The notes under the pieces: model-generated
Told to the model about the DNA's origin: nothing
The model's database searches: none
Seen by the model: the letters and a program-made list of their open reading frames with translations, nothing else
Shown: piece by piece, positions 9,081 to 19,051 of the stretch
Layout: every line of letters begins with the position of its first letter
Position numbering within the stretch: position 1 is the first letter of the stretch
Assembly (NCBI GenBank): GCA_043805415.1
Contig: JAZDHZ010000027.1
Span: 71,542-135,541, forward strand
Origin: Candidatus Omnitrophota bacterium
Lineage (GTDB): Bacteria; Omnitrophota; Gorgyraeia; B26-G9
Direction: 5' to 3'
Length of the DNA stretch: 64,000 nt
Made by a program: the position numbers and the translations under genes

Positions 9081-11500
9081 TTTTCCTCCTCAATAGCGAA
9101 TTTCTTGTTCGCGTAAATATAGGCAAAAGATCCTCCGATTAATATTATTCCTAAGAGCATAAACGCGATTACTCTATAAAAAACTTCCATCTCAGCAAGA
9201 TCAAATAAAAATACTTTACCCATAACAACAATAAACAATCCTAGTCCGCTATATCGCCAATTCTTGCTTGACTTGACTATCCCGATTATAAGGTAGGAAA
9301 CTGCGAATAAAGCCCATACTACTGATATCGCGCCCTCTTGGAAAGATTTCACATACCAATAGAAAAAGGTATTAACTTCCAGAGAAGAATAGATAAACAG
9401 CAAGCCGGTACTTATGACTATAAACGCCTTACGGTAATCTACTAAATCCTGTTTCCTAGAAACTAGCTGCGTAATTCCAATTAGATAAAGAAAAATTACG
9501 CCGTAATCAAAAACCCGGATTAATATCGGTACTGAACCTTTCTCGTAAATATACCCATTAATATTGCTCACCCATCCGGAATAATCATAGAAAAATAATT
9601 TCCCGATAATAAACGCGATTAATATTATTGCTGCTGATAAAAAAACCCGCTTATTAGTAGAAAAATAATTATATAAAATATATCCCCCTAAGATACAGGA
9701 TAATAGCGTGAGCACTGGCATTTGTAATGGCAAACAATAGGAAACCATCTGAAAAAACTCTAAATAAAGGATAAAGAACACAAATGCCACTCCCCCCCAA
9801 AACATTACTTCACGCGAAACCGCGGATGATACTAACAATCTGCTATTAATCTTCTCCTCCACTTTAAAATCTTCAATCTGCTTAATTTTACGTTTATGCA
9901 AAAAGAAGCCACTGAAAAAAGAAGCGATAACCACACCAAAAGTCCAGATTCGATCAAAAAATATTGCCCAATACTCACTTAACGGCAGCGTTGCCGCAAA
10001 GCGGCCTAAGAATTTACTCGGCATATCAATAAGTAATAGTCTGCTCACAACCATTAAGTATAAAATATGAGCAAGGTTTATCAGCAGGTTGCTATTTAAT
10101 TTCAAACCTATCCAAAGGAAGAAAAATGCCTGCAATGCCCAGCAGATAGTCAGTGTTTCTTTTTGGGTAATCAACGGTACTGCCCAGACCGTAAAGAAGC
10201 CAGCAACCCCTATCAAACAAACTAACAAATTACGGTCAACATTGCGGTTTTTAAGAAAAACGTAAATATGCGTTATGTAAAAAACAGCTACCCCGATTGC
10301 CATAACTGCTGGCCAAGGACGGCCATAAGCTTCTAAAATTAAAGCGTATGCTGTTAAGGAATAGAAAAAAGAGTTAAAAAGCATATGAATTATTTCTAAG
10401 TTTGAGGATTGTTTACGTTTAACCAGGTTATAATAAAATATGATCATCCCATGCAAAATAAACAATAAACTAAGCAGCGTTATTGTTCCAGGAAAGTCTC
10501 TTTTTACCTGATAGCCGGAAAAACTCGCGAATACTAAAGCCCAGGTGAATATAAACCCTAGGTAATTTAATAAACGCCAATTGCGCACATGGGCTATAAT
10601 TAAAATACCGATACTAAGTATCAGCATATAAGCATATAGACCTACTGGGCTTGCTTCAGGAGTGCTTAATATTATCGGAGTACAGAAGCCGCCAATAATT
10701 CCAAAAATAGCTACTAGTTGCGAATTAAACTTATATGCCATTACTCCCGCGACAATAGTAATTAAAACCATAAAAGCAAATGTACCGGACAAGGGAATCT
10801 TGGCATATAATGGACCAGCGGCGTACATGCTAAAATAAAGAGCCGCCAAACCACCGCCTAAAAAGCCTTGCCCAAGAATATCATATTTTTTATTAAGATT
10901 CTTAACCCCTACCCCTAACATAGAAAGTCCAGCCATTATCGATAAGGCTATGCGCCCGGTATTACCTAAAATTCCTCGATCCATTGACCATTTTAGAAAA
11001 TAGCCAATACAAATAACTATGGCAATAACTCCCAGTCTCATCAGCCAAGTACTGGCAATCGCGTATTCGATTGATACGTTTTTCTGGCGGCGTTCTTCCC
11101 CAACCAGTATCCAATTCCAGATCTTTTTTAAAATATCATTAACGCCCTCTTCAAGCTTTGATTTTTGACGATCAACTTTAACTGTCGGCTTTATATTTAC
11201 AGCAGCAGGTTTTAAAATCGCTGGCTGTTTTTTGGATACTTGCGAAACCTCGCTGACTTTTTTCAAATCCATAACCGGCTCTTTTGGCACCTCTTCAAGG
11301 TTTTTAGCTTCAGCTGGCTTAGGAATATCCTTATCCGACTCTGGCTCAATATGCTTAATCAGCTCTTCCAGCTTTTGGCGTAGCGGCACAAGAGAAAGAT
11401 AAATATCTCTTTGCAAATCAAGTCTTGTCTCTTTTAATAATTTTTCTATGATCTTTAAAAAAATGGAACCAAAAACAATAAGGGCTATAATATAAAACAT
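9077..11500 (-). CDS. Large polytopic membrane protein, DUF2339-like
   Basis: 807 aa. N-terminal ~150 aa are soluble and charged, followed by more than 20 predicted TM helices. The size and architecture match the DUF2339 family. Confidence 0.45.
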   Translation of the reverse strand: MFYIIALIVFGSIFLKIIEKLLKETRLDLQRDIYLSLVPLRQKLEELIKHIEPESDKDIPKPAEAKNLEEVPKEPVMDLKKVSEVSQVSKKQPAILKPAAVNIKPTVKVDRQKSKLEEGVNDILKKIWNWILVGEERRQKNVSIEYAIASTWLMRLGVIAIVICIGYFLKWSMDRGILGNTGRIALSIMAGLSMLGVGVKNLNKKYDILGQGFLGGGLAALYFSMYAAGPLYAKIPLSGTFAFMVLITIVAGVMAYKFNSQLVAIFGIIGGFCTPIILSTPEASPVGLYAYMLILSIGILIIAHVRNWRLLNYLGFIFTWALVFASFSGYQVKRDFPGTITLLSLLFILHGMIIFYYNLVKRKQSSNLEIIHMLFNSFFYSLTAYALILEAYGRPWPAVMAIGVAVFYITHIYVFLKNRNVDRNLLVCLIGVAGFFTVWAVPLITQKETLTICWALQAFFFLWIGLKLNSNLLINLAHILYLMVVSRLLLIDMPSKFLGRFAATLPLSEYWAIFFDRIWTFGVVIASFFSGFFLHKRKIKQIEDFKVEEKINSRLLVSSAVSREVMFWGGVAFVFFILYLEFFQMVSYCLPLQMPVLTLLSCILGGYILYNYFSTNKRVFLSAAIILIAFIIGKLFFYDYSGWVSNINGYIYEKGSVPILIRVFDYGVIFLYLIGITQLVSRKQDLVDYRKAFIVISTGLLFIYSSLEVNTFFYWYVKSFQEGAISVVWALFAVSYLIIGIVKSSKNWRYSGLGLFIVVMGKVFLFDLAEMEVFYRVIAFMLLGIILIGGSFAYIYANKKFAIEEEK

Positions 11501-11601
11501 AATCTCTCCTTCTTTACGCGACTTTGGTTTAACATTTAAACTTTTTAACCAAGGGTATTCTTAAACCAGTTTACACATTCTTTTATAAACTCATCTGGAT
11601 T

Positions 11602-11778
11602 TCAGTCGAAAATCTTCTCCGCGTGCCCGGCCTGCTCTACAATTAACAGCTTTTTCGGGTCACGCGCTTTTGCAAATAATTTTTTACTGTGCTCAGGCTT
11701 AATTATCCAGTCTTTTTCTCCATTTATAAAATAAATCGGCGCAAGAGCAATATCACTTACCACATCAAAAGGAGATCA
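11602..11778 (-). pseudogene. C-terminal remnant of an alpha/beta-fold hydrolase
   Basis: The minus-strand frame translates to ...DVVSDIALAPIYFINGEKDWIIKPEHSKKLFAKARDPKKLLIVEQAGHAEKIFD*. This includes the catalytic His context (GHAE) of alpha/beta hydrolases. The frame is closed by a stop immediately upstream and has no start codon. Confidence 0.4.
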
Positions 11779-11831
11779 TTATTTTAATAGCATTATTATT
11801 AAACGCCCCCTACAACGCCTTAAACGAAAAG

Positions 11832-12323
11832 TTAAGCTTTCGGTTTTTCATCTCCAGCTCCTTTAATCGCTTTAAAACTTTTTCGTATTTTTACCAGTAA
11901 TTGGTTTAAACTGCGGCTTTCATCATCAGAAACGCACATCATATTTTTTTCAATTACTTTCAAATATTCCGGCTCTACTTCTTCTAATTTTCTCATCCCC
12001 TGCGCAGTTAATTGTACATGATAAACCCTTCTGTCTCCCTCAACTGGCAACCTGCGCACATAACCTTTTTTTTCTAGTTTGTCTATCAACCCGGTAACAT
12101 TGCCCCGGCTAGAAACCATCCGCTCGCTAATTTCTACTTGAGTAAGTTTTCGCTTCTCCAGTTTAATAATAATCATAACATTATATTGAGCATCAGTAAT
12201 ATCAAATTTTCTAAAGAAATCTCTAGAAATCTTATCCAAACAATTAGCAGTATATACGATACTTAATACCGCTTCATGCCGCAATGAATCAATTTTTTGC
12301 TTTATTTCTTTATCCAGAGACAT
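11832..12323 (-). CDS. MarR-family transcriptional regulator
   Basis: 163 aa with a winged-HTH segment (LTQVEISERMVSSRGNVTGLIDKLEKKGYVRRLPVEGDRRV) typical of MarR. Confidence 0.75.
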   Translation of the reverse strand: MSLDKEIKQKIDSLRHEAVLSIVYTANCLDKISRDFFRKFDITDAQYNVMIIIKLEKRKLTQVEISERMVSSRGNVTGLIDKLEKKGYVRRLPVEGDRRVYHVQLTAQGMRKLEEVEPEYLKVIEKNMMCVSDDESRSLNQLLVKIRKSFKAIKGAGDEKPKA

Positions 12324-12574
12324 TTTACACCCAACTTTGTTTATAACTATACTGTTAATCTATAAACAGTATATCACAAAACAATATTCCTGTCAATGCC
12401 TCAGCTAATTCGCAAGTATTATTATTGGAATCACCGGCAGTAAATATACGTCATAAACCTTTAATCTGTTTACATATAAAAAAAGCCTGATAAGTGATGA
12501 GCTAAATGGCCCGGAGTAAACAGCTTGGTTCTTTAATATTGCTGGTTAAAGTTATCTTTGCTATAATGTTTTTC

Positions 12575-14236
12575 ATGATATCACAACTCACCATACAAAA
12601 TATTGGACTGATAGATAAACTCACTATCGATTTTCGCCGGCACTTAAATATTCTGACCGGCGAAACTGGGGCGGGAAAATCGATTTTAATTGATGCTCTT
12701 CGCTTTGTTTTAGGAGAACGGGTAAATACCTCTTTGGTGCGCAATCCGGAACTGTCTTGCACTGTAGAGGCTATTTTTGAGATACAAAAAAAATCTCTGA
12801 GTGAATATGATGCTTTTTTAGAATTTTTTAACCAAGAAAATCAGCTGATCATAAACCGCTCTTATCTTCCGGACGGCAGAAGCAAAATTAAAATAAATGG
12901 GTTTACCGTCACTTTAACCCAGCTAAAAAACCTGGGTGATAGTCTGGTGGATTTTCACGGCCCGCATGACCATCAGCTGCTTTTTTCCGTACAATCGCAT
13001 ATAAAAATGCTGGACCGTTTAAGCAACATCGATGCCTTGAAACAATCTTATCTGGAAAACTATCATAAATACAGCGAACTCCTAAAAAAACAAAGCGAAT
13101 TAAAAGAAATGGCAGTTTCGCGGGAAAAGGAGCTCGACACCCTTAAATATCAAATAAATGAGCTGAGTAGTGTTCCTCTTGATCAAGTAAAATATGAAGA
13201 ACTTTTAACCGAACAAAAAAAACTTAATAATCGCGAAAGAATATCTGAAAACTTAAATACTGTTATAGCCATGCTGGAAAATGACGAGACTGGTGTCAAT
13301 GAAACCATCCGCAAAGCATTTGGAGCGATGAAGAATCTCAATAACATTGATGAAAGTACCAAAAATTTTATGGAACAATTAAACACCCTGCAGGAAACCG
13401 GTGATGAGCTTTTAAACAATCTAATTGCTTACCGCGACAGCCTTTGTTTTGATACTGAAACCACTCAGAACATTAATTCCCGCTGCGATATTTATTACTC
13501 CATAAAACGCAAATACGGGCCGACTTTAGAATCTGCCCTCAAATTCTTCGAAGAGGCAAAAGAAAAATACGAACTTATATCGAATTTAGAACACAACACA
13601 GCGAGCCTGAACAAAGAAATCACTTCTCTCCAGGAAGAACTTGAAAAAGCCGCAGATAAAATATCTAAACAGCGTAAAAAAACAGCTTCTGCTCTTCAAA
13701 AAACCATAGAAAAAGAACTCAAAGACCTTGGTATAAAACAAGTAGAATTCGAATGCCGCGTTAAAAAAACTGCTTTAAACCAGGATGGCTGCGATTCTGT
13801 GGAATTTTATATAAGCCCCAATGCCGGCGAAAGCCTTAAACCTCTGGCTGAGATAGTTTCTTCCGGAGAAGCCGCGCGGGTAATGCTGGCGCTAAAAAAA
13901 GCCCTGATCGAAGTTGACCTTATACCCGTACTTATATTCGATGAAATCGACGCCCAAATCGGCGGCCGGCTCGGCACCATAACCGGGCGTAAATTAAAAG
14001 AACTTTCTTGCGGCCGACAGGTTATCCTAATCACCCATTTGCCGCAAATCGCCAGTTTCGCCGACGCTCACTATAAAGTAGTAAAAACGGTTAAAGCCAA
14101 CCGCACTTTTACAACCATAGAGTATCTGGAAAATGAAACACGGGTCAAAGAACTTGCCGCAATGATGAGCGACGAAAAACAAAGCCCCATCGCCATAAAC
14201 CACGCCAGAGAAATGCTTGCTAAGGCAGGCGAATAA
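12575..14236 (+). CDS. recN: DNA repair protein RecN
   Basis: N-terminus MISQLTIQNIGLIDKLTIDF...LTGETGAGKSILIDAL (Walker A), long coiled-coil middle, C-terminal signature and Walker B (LIFDEIDAQIGG). Start chosen at the ATG 12575 that aligns with RecN N-termini. The tool ORF from 12506 adds an unlikely 23-aa hydrophobic extension. A TATAAT sits at 12562-12567. Confidence 0.85.
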   Translation: MISQLTIQNIGLIDKLTIDFRRHLNILTGETGAGKSILIDALRFVLGERVNTSLVRNPELSCTVEAIFEIQKKSLSEYDAFLEFFNQENQLIINRSYLPDGRSKIKINGFTVTLTQLKNLGDSLVDFHGPHDHQLLFSVQSHIKMLDRLSNIDALKQSYLENYHKYSELLKKQSELKEMAVSREKELDTLKYQINELSSVPLDQVKYEELLTEQKKLNNRERISENLNTVIAMLENDETGVNETIRKAFGAMKNLNNIDESTKNFMEQLNTLQETGDELLNNLIAYRDSLCFDTETTQNINSRCDIYYSIKRKYGPTLESALKFFEEAKEKYELISNLEHNTASLNKEITSLQEELEKAADKISKQRKKTASALQKTIEKELKDLGIKQVEFECRVKKTALNQDGCDSVEFYISPNAGESLKPLAEIVSSGEAARVMLALKKALIEVDLIPVLIFDEIDAQIGGRLGTITGRKLKELSCGRQVILITHLPQIASFADAHYKVVKTVKANRTFTTIEYLENETRVKELAAMMSDEKQSPIAINHAREMLAKAGE

Positions 14237-14570
14237 GGTTAAGAAATAACTTAATAAATGACTCTGCCCCCGGGCGCAGGCTACTTTCCCAGAGCTTGAT
14301 TTTCTGTTTGGCATGATAAATACAGGTTGATGCAAAAATTGCCTGCCCAGATAAAAACAGATCATTTGAATGGAACTCAGCAAATATGCGTCCTAACTCT
14401 TTGCTGTGTTTGCAGATACAAAAACCGCTTACGCTCATTATTAGGCCTCCCCTGCCTATGCAGAGAAATTCATCTCCCCATGCGCCAATATACCCACTTA
14501 GGAATATTGGCATTAAATTATAATTTATGATACAATTTATGACTTTAATGTATTATAAGAAAGCCACGCA

Positions 14571-17231
14571 ATGTTAAAAATACTTAAAAAATCCTTAGTT
14601 ATAATAAGATTGCTTGTATTTTTTTTACTAACAAGCATTACTTACTTACATGCTGATAGTAGCGTATCGCAGCACAGTACGACAACTATGAGTTTTTTAA
14701 TTACTGAACAGGCCATGCTTGCGCCTCGCATCACCAGCAATAGTCTTAAAATTTCTGATTATATTCAAGCCTTTACTATTTGCAGAACCATTGAGGGACG
14801 ATCTCCTCATAAGCTTTCCCTTAACGAAATAATGTCCTCATTGGACACAACCGATCCTTTATTTAAGGAGTGCCGGTTTGAAACCAAGTTAAAAGAACTG
14901 TACATTTATCTTCCTAACAGCGCTCTTTGCATTCGCTACTTTAACCCGTATCCAGAAATAATGCGCGATTTACCTGATAATGGGATTATGCTTAATGCTC
15001 AATTGTACCGCCAAATCAGTGTGCTTACAAAAAAGTTATACCCTGACGTCCAACAAATAAACCCGGCAATTCACCCCAGCGTCAAAGCTGTTGTATTTGA
15101 TTTTGACGGCACCATCGCCGACACCATTCCGCATATTCTTCGAGCCTTTGGAAAAATTATTTACGCCATTACACAAGCAACTTCCGATATTCCTCCTGAA
15201 GATTATTCGCCATTAGCTGCTAAGTTTTTAGATGAGCGCCAATGGCAACCAGTAACCACACATATCAACAATCTGATACAAGAAGCAATCCAAGGAGGCG
15301 TTTCCCAGCATCAGCTTACTGAAATCATGACTCAATTGGCACATAAGTATAATATTATCGGCCTGCGTCAAGAAGCGATGGACATGGGATTCGCTCAGAT
15401 ATATGAAGCTGCTTTGCTGAATGAAATCAAAACCAATCCGCCCCAACCGTTTCCCGGCGCCAGGCAATTTCTCTATTCTTTATACCAGTCCGGTATACGC
15501 ATGTACATTGCAACAGGAACCACCCAAACCGTTGTTGAATATCTTACCCAACAATGGGGCATTGACAGCGGATTTGATGTTATTTACGGCGTGCCTACGG
15601 ACAGACCGTATGGATTTAGCCGGAACAAAACCGATATTCTCGAAGAAGTTAAAAATAATTTAGGACTGTCTGCCGGTGAAATCGCAATTGTCGGTGATTC
15701 TCGGGATGATATGCGTGCCGCAAAGAATCCTTCCCTGCCGGCAAATGAGCGTTTTGTCGCAATTGGTATTTCCAATGAGCAATCCGGACGTGATTTATTA
15801 GCAAACAACGGTGCAGATTTCCTCATCCCGGGGTTATCTGCCTGGCAATCACTTTGGAATACTCTTAGCATCTCTCTACCGACGCTAACGCTGGCAATGC
15901 CGAAAAATAGAGCAGATGGCCTACCCTTTCAATTTGCTATCGGTCATGCGGTTAAGGGAGGCACAAATTTAAAACAGCTTAAAAGTACCGCGCAGGAATT
16001 TGCCACATTTAAGAGCAGTATCATTGAACAAGTACAGGCTCTCCCTGATTCACCATCAGCTTTAGACCTCAATGCTGTTGATTTCAATCAGCCTTTTTTA
16101 AAACTATTTCCCATCATTCGATACGCCCTTGAAACAGATAGTCATTCAGATTTTATGCGCATTATAAACAGTATTATTGAATCACAAACGCTTTCCCCTG
16201 AACAGAAAAAAGAATCGTTTCTTACAATAATGGCCTGGAGTAAACATTTTCCCGCTTCAATAAAACGTGAAAATTATTGCGCTTACTCCTTTGAAATGTT
16301 TGCGCAGGCAGTACAAGAATATCAACAACAGCATCCGCAACAGCTTATTAATGTTGGCGAGCTGGGAAGCGGAGACGGACTGGCTATCTTTCAGTATAAA
16401 AATCTCTTGCGCATGCAGGGAATTAAAGCTGATTACACCCAATTTGAAATTGACCAAGCAAGTATTGATAAATCCCGGCTGTTCAATCAAAAAGACACCT
16501 TTGTGGCCGGGGATCTGGCAAATCTGCCCGAATCAGAAAAGGCAAAATATCGCGCTAAATTTGATGTGATCATGCTTAATAATGTAATGCATGAACTCTT
16601 TGCTGTTTATGGCGAACAAGGGATTAAAACTATTTTAAGCTCTGCTGCTGAATTATTAAAACCCGGCGGAGTTCTGGTTTTCCGAGATGGTATTTATCCG
16701 CAAAACGGAGGCCGCTATACTCGAATAGCAATCTCGCCCCAATACGAAGAAGCCTTTCTTTTCTTTCAGACACATTATAAATTTCGAACAGCGTTATTCC
16801 CCGGGATTTATGACAATGAAGTAGTTCTTCCCCTCGGAGATTTAGCGAAATTCTTAACAAAGATAAAATTCATAGAAGCCAATAAATTATGGGAGGACCG
16901 CTACGGAATAGAAGGCGAAATGCATCAAGTATACTGCTTTGCGAATATAGACGACTATAATCATTTCCTTACAGACGCAGGTTTTCATATTTCAGAAGTC
17001 ACCTTGGGTAATGAGCAGGAATCTTTGGCTTTATGGAAAAAAGCTGTTCCATTTAGCCAACCATTTTTTATGGAGCAAAGAGATGAAGGTGGTCCACATT
17101 CACCAATCAGTGAACAACGCCGCGCAGACGAAGACTCGCTCGCGCGTTTTTCCCTTAGTGATGTATTACAGCATGGTAAAAAGGAACCTGAGGAAAACTC
17201 TGCCACAACCTTGATCCAACAATCAATTTAA
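14571..17231 (+). CDS. Secreted multidomain protein: signal peptide + N-terminal domain + HAD-superfamily hydrolase domain + class I SAM-dependent methyltransferase domain
   Basis: 886 aa. Signal-peptide-like N-terminus (MLKILKKSLVIIRLLVFFLLTSITYLHA). HAD motif I VVFDFDGTIADT and motif III/IV IAIVGDSRDDMRAAKN. Methyltransferase motif I (INVGELGSGDGLAI), an acidic post-I residue, and motif III (LLKPGGVLVF). Q/E-rich C-terminal tail. A 335-bp upstream intergenic region. Confidence 0.6.
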   Translation: MLKILKKSLVIIRLLVFFLLTSITYLHADSSVSQHSTTTMSFLITEQAMLAPRITSNSLKISDYIQAFTICRTIEGRSPHKLSLNEIMSSLDTTDPLFKECRFETKLKELYIYLPNSALCIRYFNPYPEIMRDLPDNGIMLNAQLYRQISVLTKKLYPDVQQINPAIHPSVKAVVFDFDGTIADTIPHILRAFGKIIYAITQATSDIPPEDYSPLAAKFLDERQWQPVTTHINNLIQEAIQGGVSQHQLTEIMTQLAHKYNIIGLRQEAMDMGFAQIYEAALLNEIKTNPPQPFPGARQFLYSLYQSGIRMYIATGTTQTVVEYLTQQWGIDSGFDVIYGVPTDRPYGFSRNKTDILEEVKNNLGLSAGEIAIVGDSRDDMRAAKNPSLPANERFVAIGISNEQSGRDLLANNGADFLIPGLSAWQSLWNTLSISLPTLTLAMPKNRADGLPFQFAIGHAVKGGTNLKQLKSTAQEFATFKSSIIEQVQALPDSPSALDLNAVDFNQPFLKLFPIIRYALETDSHSDFMRIINSIIESQTLSPEQKKESFLTIMAWSKHFPASIKRENYCAYSFEMFAQAVQEYQQQHPQQLINVGELGSGDGLAIFQYKNLLRMQGIKADYTQFEIDQASIDKSRLFNQKDTFVAGDLANLPESEKAKYRAKFDVIMLNNVMHELFAVYGEQGIKTILSSAAELLKPGGVLVFRDGIYPQNGGRYTRIAISPQYEEAFLFFQTHYKFRTALFPGIYDNEVVLPLGDLAKFLTKIKFIEANKLWEDRYGIEGEMHQVYCFANIDDYNHFLTDAGFHISEVTLGNEQESLALWKKAVPFSQPFFMEQRDEGGPHSPISEQRRADEDSLARFSLSDVLQHGKKEPEENSATTLIQQSI

Positions 17232-17737
17232 GGTAAAAACACTCGCTTATATAAACAAGCTATTAAAGACAATAACTGTTCTACTGACAACAAGGTATAG
17301 ATAAAAATAGACTCTTCTAGTTTCTCCTTTCCCAGATAAAAGCAGATTATAAGGAACTCAATTAGTTTCTAGGGCAGACCCCCAATTTCTCCTCTCAGCA
17401 ATCAGCTGTCAACAGTCAGATCGGGGATTAGGATTCTGCTGTTTTGCGCGTTACAATCAAAAATTCGGCAATTCCTTGCATTTTTTATTCGCAACATATT
17501 TATTAATAATGCATTACAAAGAGTGTCCCTGTTTCTTATTAACAACATACTGAGGATATGGTCCTTATAAATTCCGCAGGACTTGAAATTATTGCTTTTT
17601 TAATGTATACTTTTTTAACTTTGATGGTCGCCGGTACTAAGGCAAAACAACCTCGATATCCGTATGGTTCGTTCTCGTGGTTGGTTGCATGCCGCCCATT
17701 GCGGAAATAAACTATAATAAATATTCGAGATGCTCAC

Positions 17738-18877
17738 ATGAAACGAATCACCAGATATATTTTCCGGTTTTTATTAACAATCCTCTGCATTCTAATTCAA
17801 ACCTGCTGGGCTGAAGCAACAAACGATAGAGCTAACGTTGGCGGAATCTTTGATCACAGTGCATTAAGCCCCCAAATAATGCTTAATCGCGCAGCATTAG
17901 AAGAATATTTTAATTCTGAAACAGAGGAAATAATTTTTGGCGAAGCGCATCGTCGGACTAGAAGTATTATCGACAGCGTGTTAAAACACGGGATTAATTC
18001 GGCAAGTAAATTAGAGGACAACGGAATTACCGTTCATGCTTCTGTCGACAGGTACGATGGCAGTGATGGTTCCGCAAGCATTTCGGCAAATTTATTACAG
18101 ATTGACAGCCGGGTTACTGTTAATCAATTGGTAACCGATGCCCTGTATCATCAGGCCAAAGGCATCGTCCAGGTGATTCTCGAGCGCTCGAGTGACACTG
18201 CGCTTAATATCGTGAACAGCAAAAGAATCTCCGATTTTTATTTGCAATTATTGCTGGAAGAACGCGCGGAACATAGTATCATTGCTCTCATTGATGTTGC
18301 CAAATTAAGCCCTGAAGACACGCAACATATTAAAGAAAATCCATTCCTCGAAACTTCCGGCATGGCACTTGAGATAATGCTCAAGCATACTGTATCAAAA
18401 GACGCTATCTGCGGTTTTCTAGTCCCTGAAGCAATGTTGGAAATTATCAGTGACTTATTACCGTCTGATAAAGACATCATTATCATCCCCGGAAAAAAAC
18501 AAAAAAATTTATCAATTGCCCGTCCCGCCTTAATTCATCACAGATTTAGCATAAATCTCAAACGTAATGTTACTATTCGTGTCCCGGATTATGAAGAAGC
18601 ATTAGAGCGTTTTTTTTCAAAGAACCCGAAAAAATATTGGTTGCTCCACGGGATACGCCTTATTACGCCTTCGGATATTATCGCGGAGTCTCAGCCGGCC
18701 GCCCCTTTATTCTATCCGGGATTCACGCTGCAAGAACAGTTCCCCTCGGCTATCGAAGAAATAGGATTGCTGCAGACGTTCATTCCCAAAACAAAACCTG
18801 AATTGCCGGAACAACCTCACTCGCTGGATCATCTCCTGAGATATTTATTGCGTCCATTACTGGAACAGTCTATTTAA
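17738..18877 (+). CDS. Secreted hypothetical protein (signal peptide, no recognisable domain)
   Basis: 379 aa. N-terminal signal peptide MKRITRYIFRFLLTILCILIQTCWA. A 506-bp upstream intergenic region. No motif I can assign. Confidence 0.5.
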   Translation: MKRITRYIFRFLLTILCILIQTCWAEATNDRANVGGIFDHSALSPQIMLNRAALEEYFNSETEEIIFGEAHRRTRSIIDSVLKHGINSASKLEDNGITVHASVDRYDGSDGSASISANLLQIDSRVTVNQLVTDALYHQAKGIVQVILERSSDTALNIVNSKRISDFYLQLLLEERAEHSIIALIDVAKLSPEDTQHIKENPFLETSGMALEIMLKHTVSKDAICGFLVPEAMLEIISDLLPSDKDIIIIPGKKQKNLSIARPALIHHRFSINLKRNVTIRVPDYEEALERFFSKNPKKYWLLHGIRLITPSDIIAESQPAAPLFYPGFTLQEQFPSAIEEIGLLQTFIPKTKPELPEQPHSLDHLLRYLLRPLLEQSI

Positions 18878-19051
18878 ATCCCCTAAAAAAATTGGGACGG
18901 TTATATTTTTTCTTGAGCCGACACCATTCTTATTCTTTTCATCCATGCTGGGCACTGGGTAAAATAGCGCTTTAGCGTTAGATTTATTTTTGTTAACCTA
19001 AATAAAATTCTTTTCTTTACTCATTTTATCCGGCTGCAAAGGCCACGGAGG

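Noticed and set aside
12506-12574. 23-codon N-terminal extension of recN proposed by the ORF track (MARSKQLGSLILLVKVIFAIMFF)
   Set aside because: The extension is hydrophobic and unlike any RecN N-terminus. It overlaps the TATAAT box. The Met at 12575 aligns with the conserved RecN start (MISQLTIQNIG).
14027-14513. Minus-strand ORFs of 118 and 97 aa overlapping the recN 3' end and the following intergenic region
   Set aside because: They are antisense to a strongly supported gene. They have no motifs or RBS, and their composition is typical of shadow ORFs.
17232-17737. Possible tRNA or ncRNA in the 500-bp gap between the two secreted-protein genes (for example ...cagacccccaat...atcggggattagg)
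   Set aside because: The complementary stretches are short and I could not fold a cloverleaf or other recognisable structure by eye. Left as ordinary promoter/UTR sequence.
14237-19051. Classical integrative mobile element (integrase or transposase plus att sites) explaining the recN-flanked insert
   Set aside because: No integrase, recombinase, transposase or tRNA-type att site is present in or next to the insert. The flanking repeat is recN-derived, so I describe it as a recombination scar rather than a defined mobile element.
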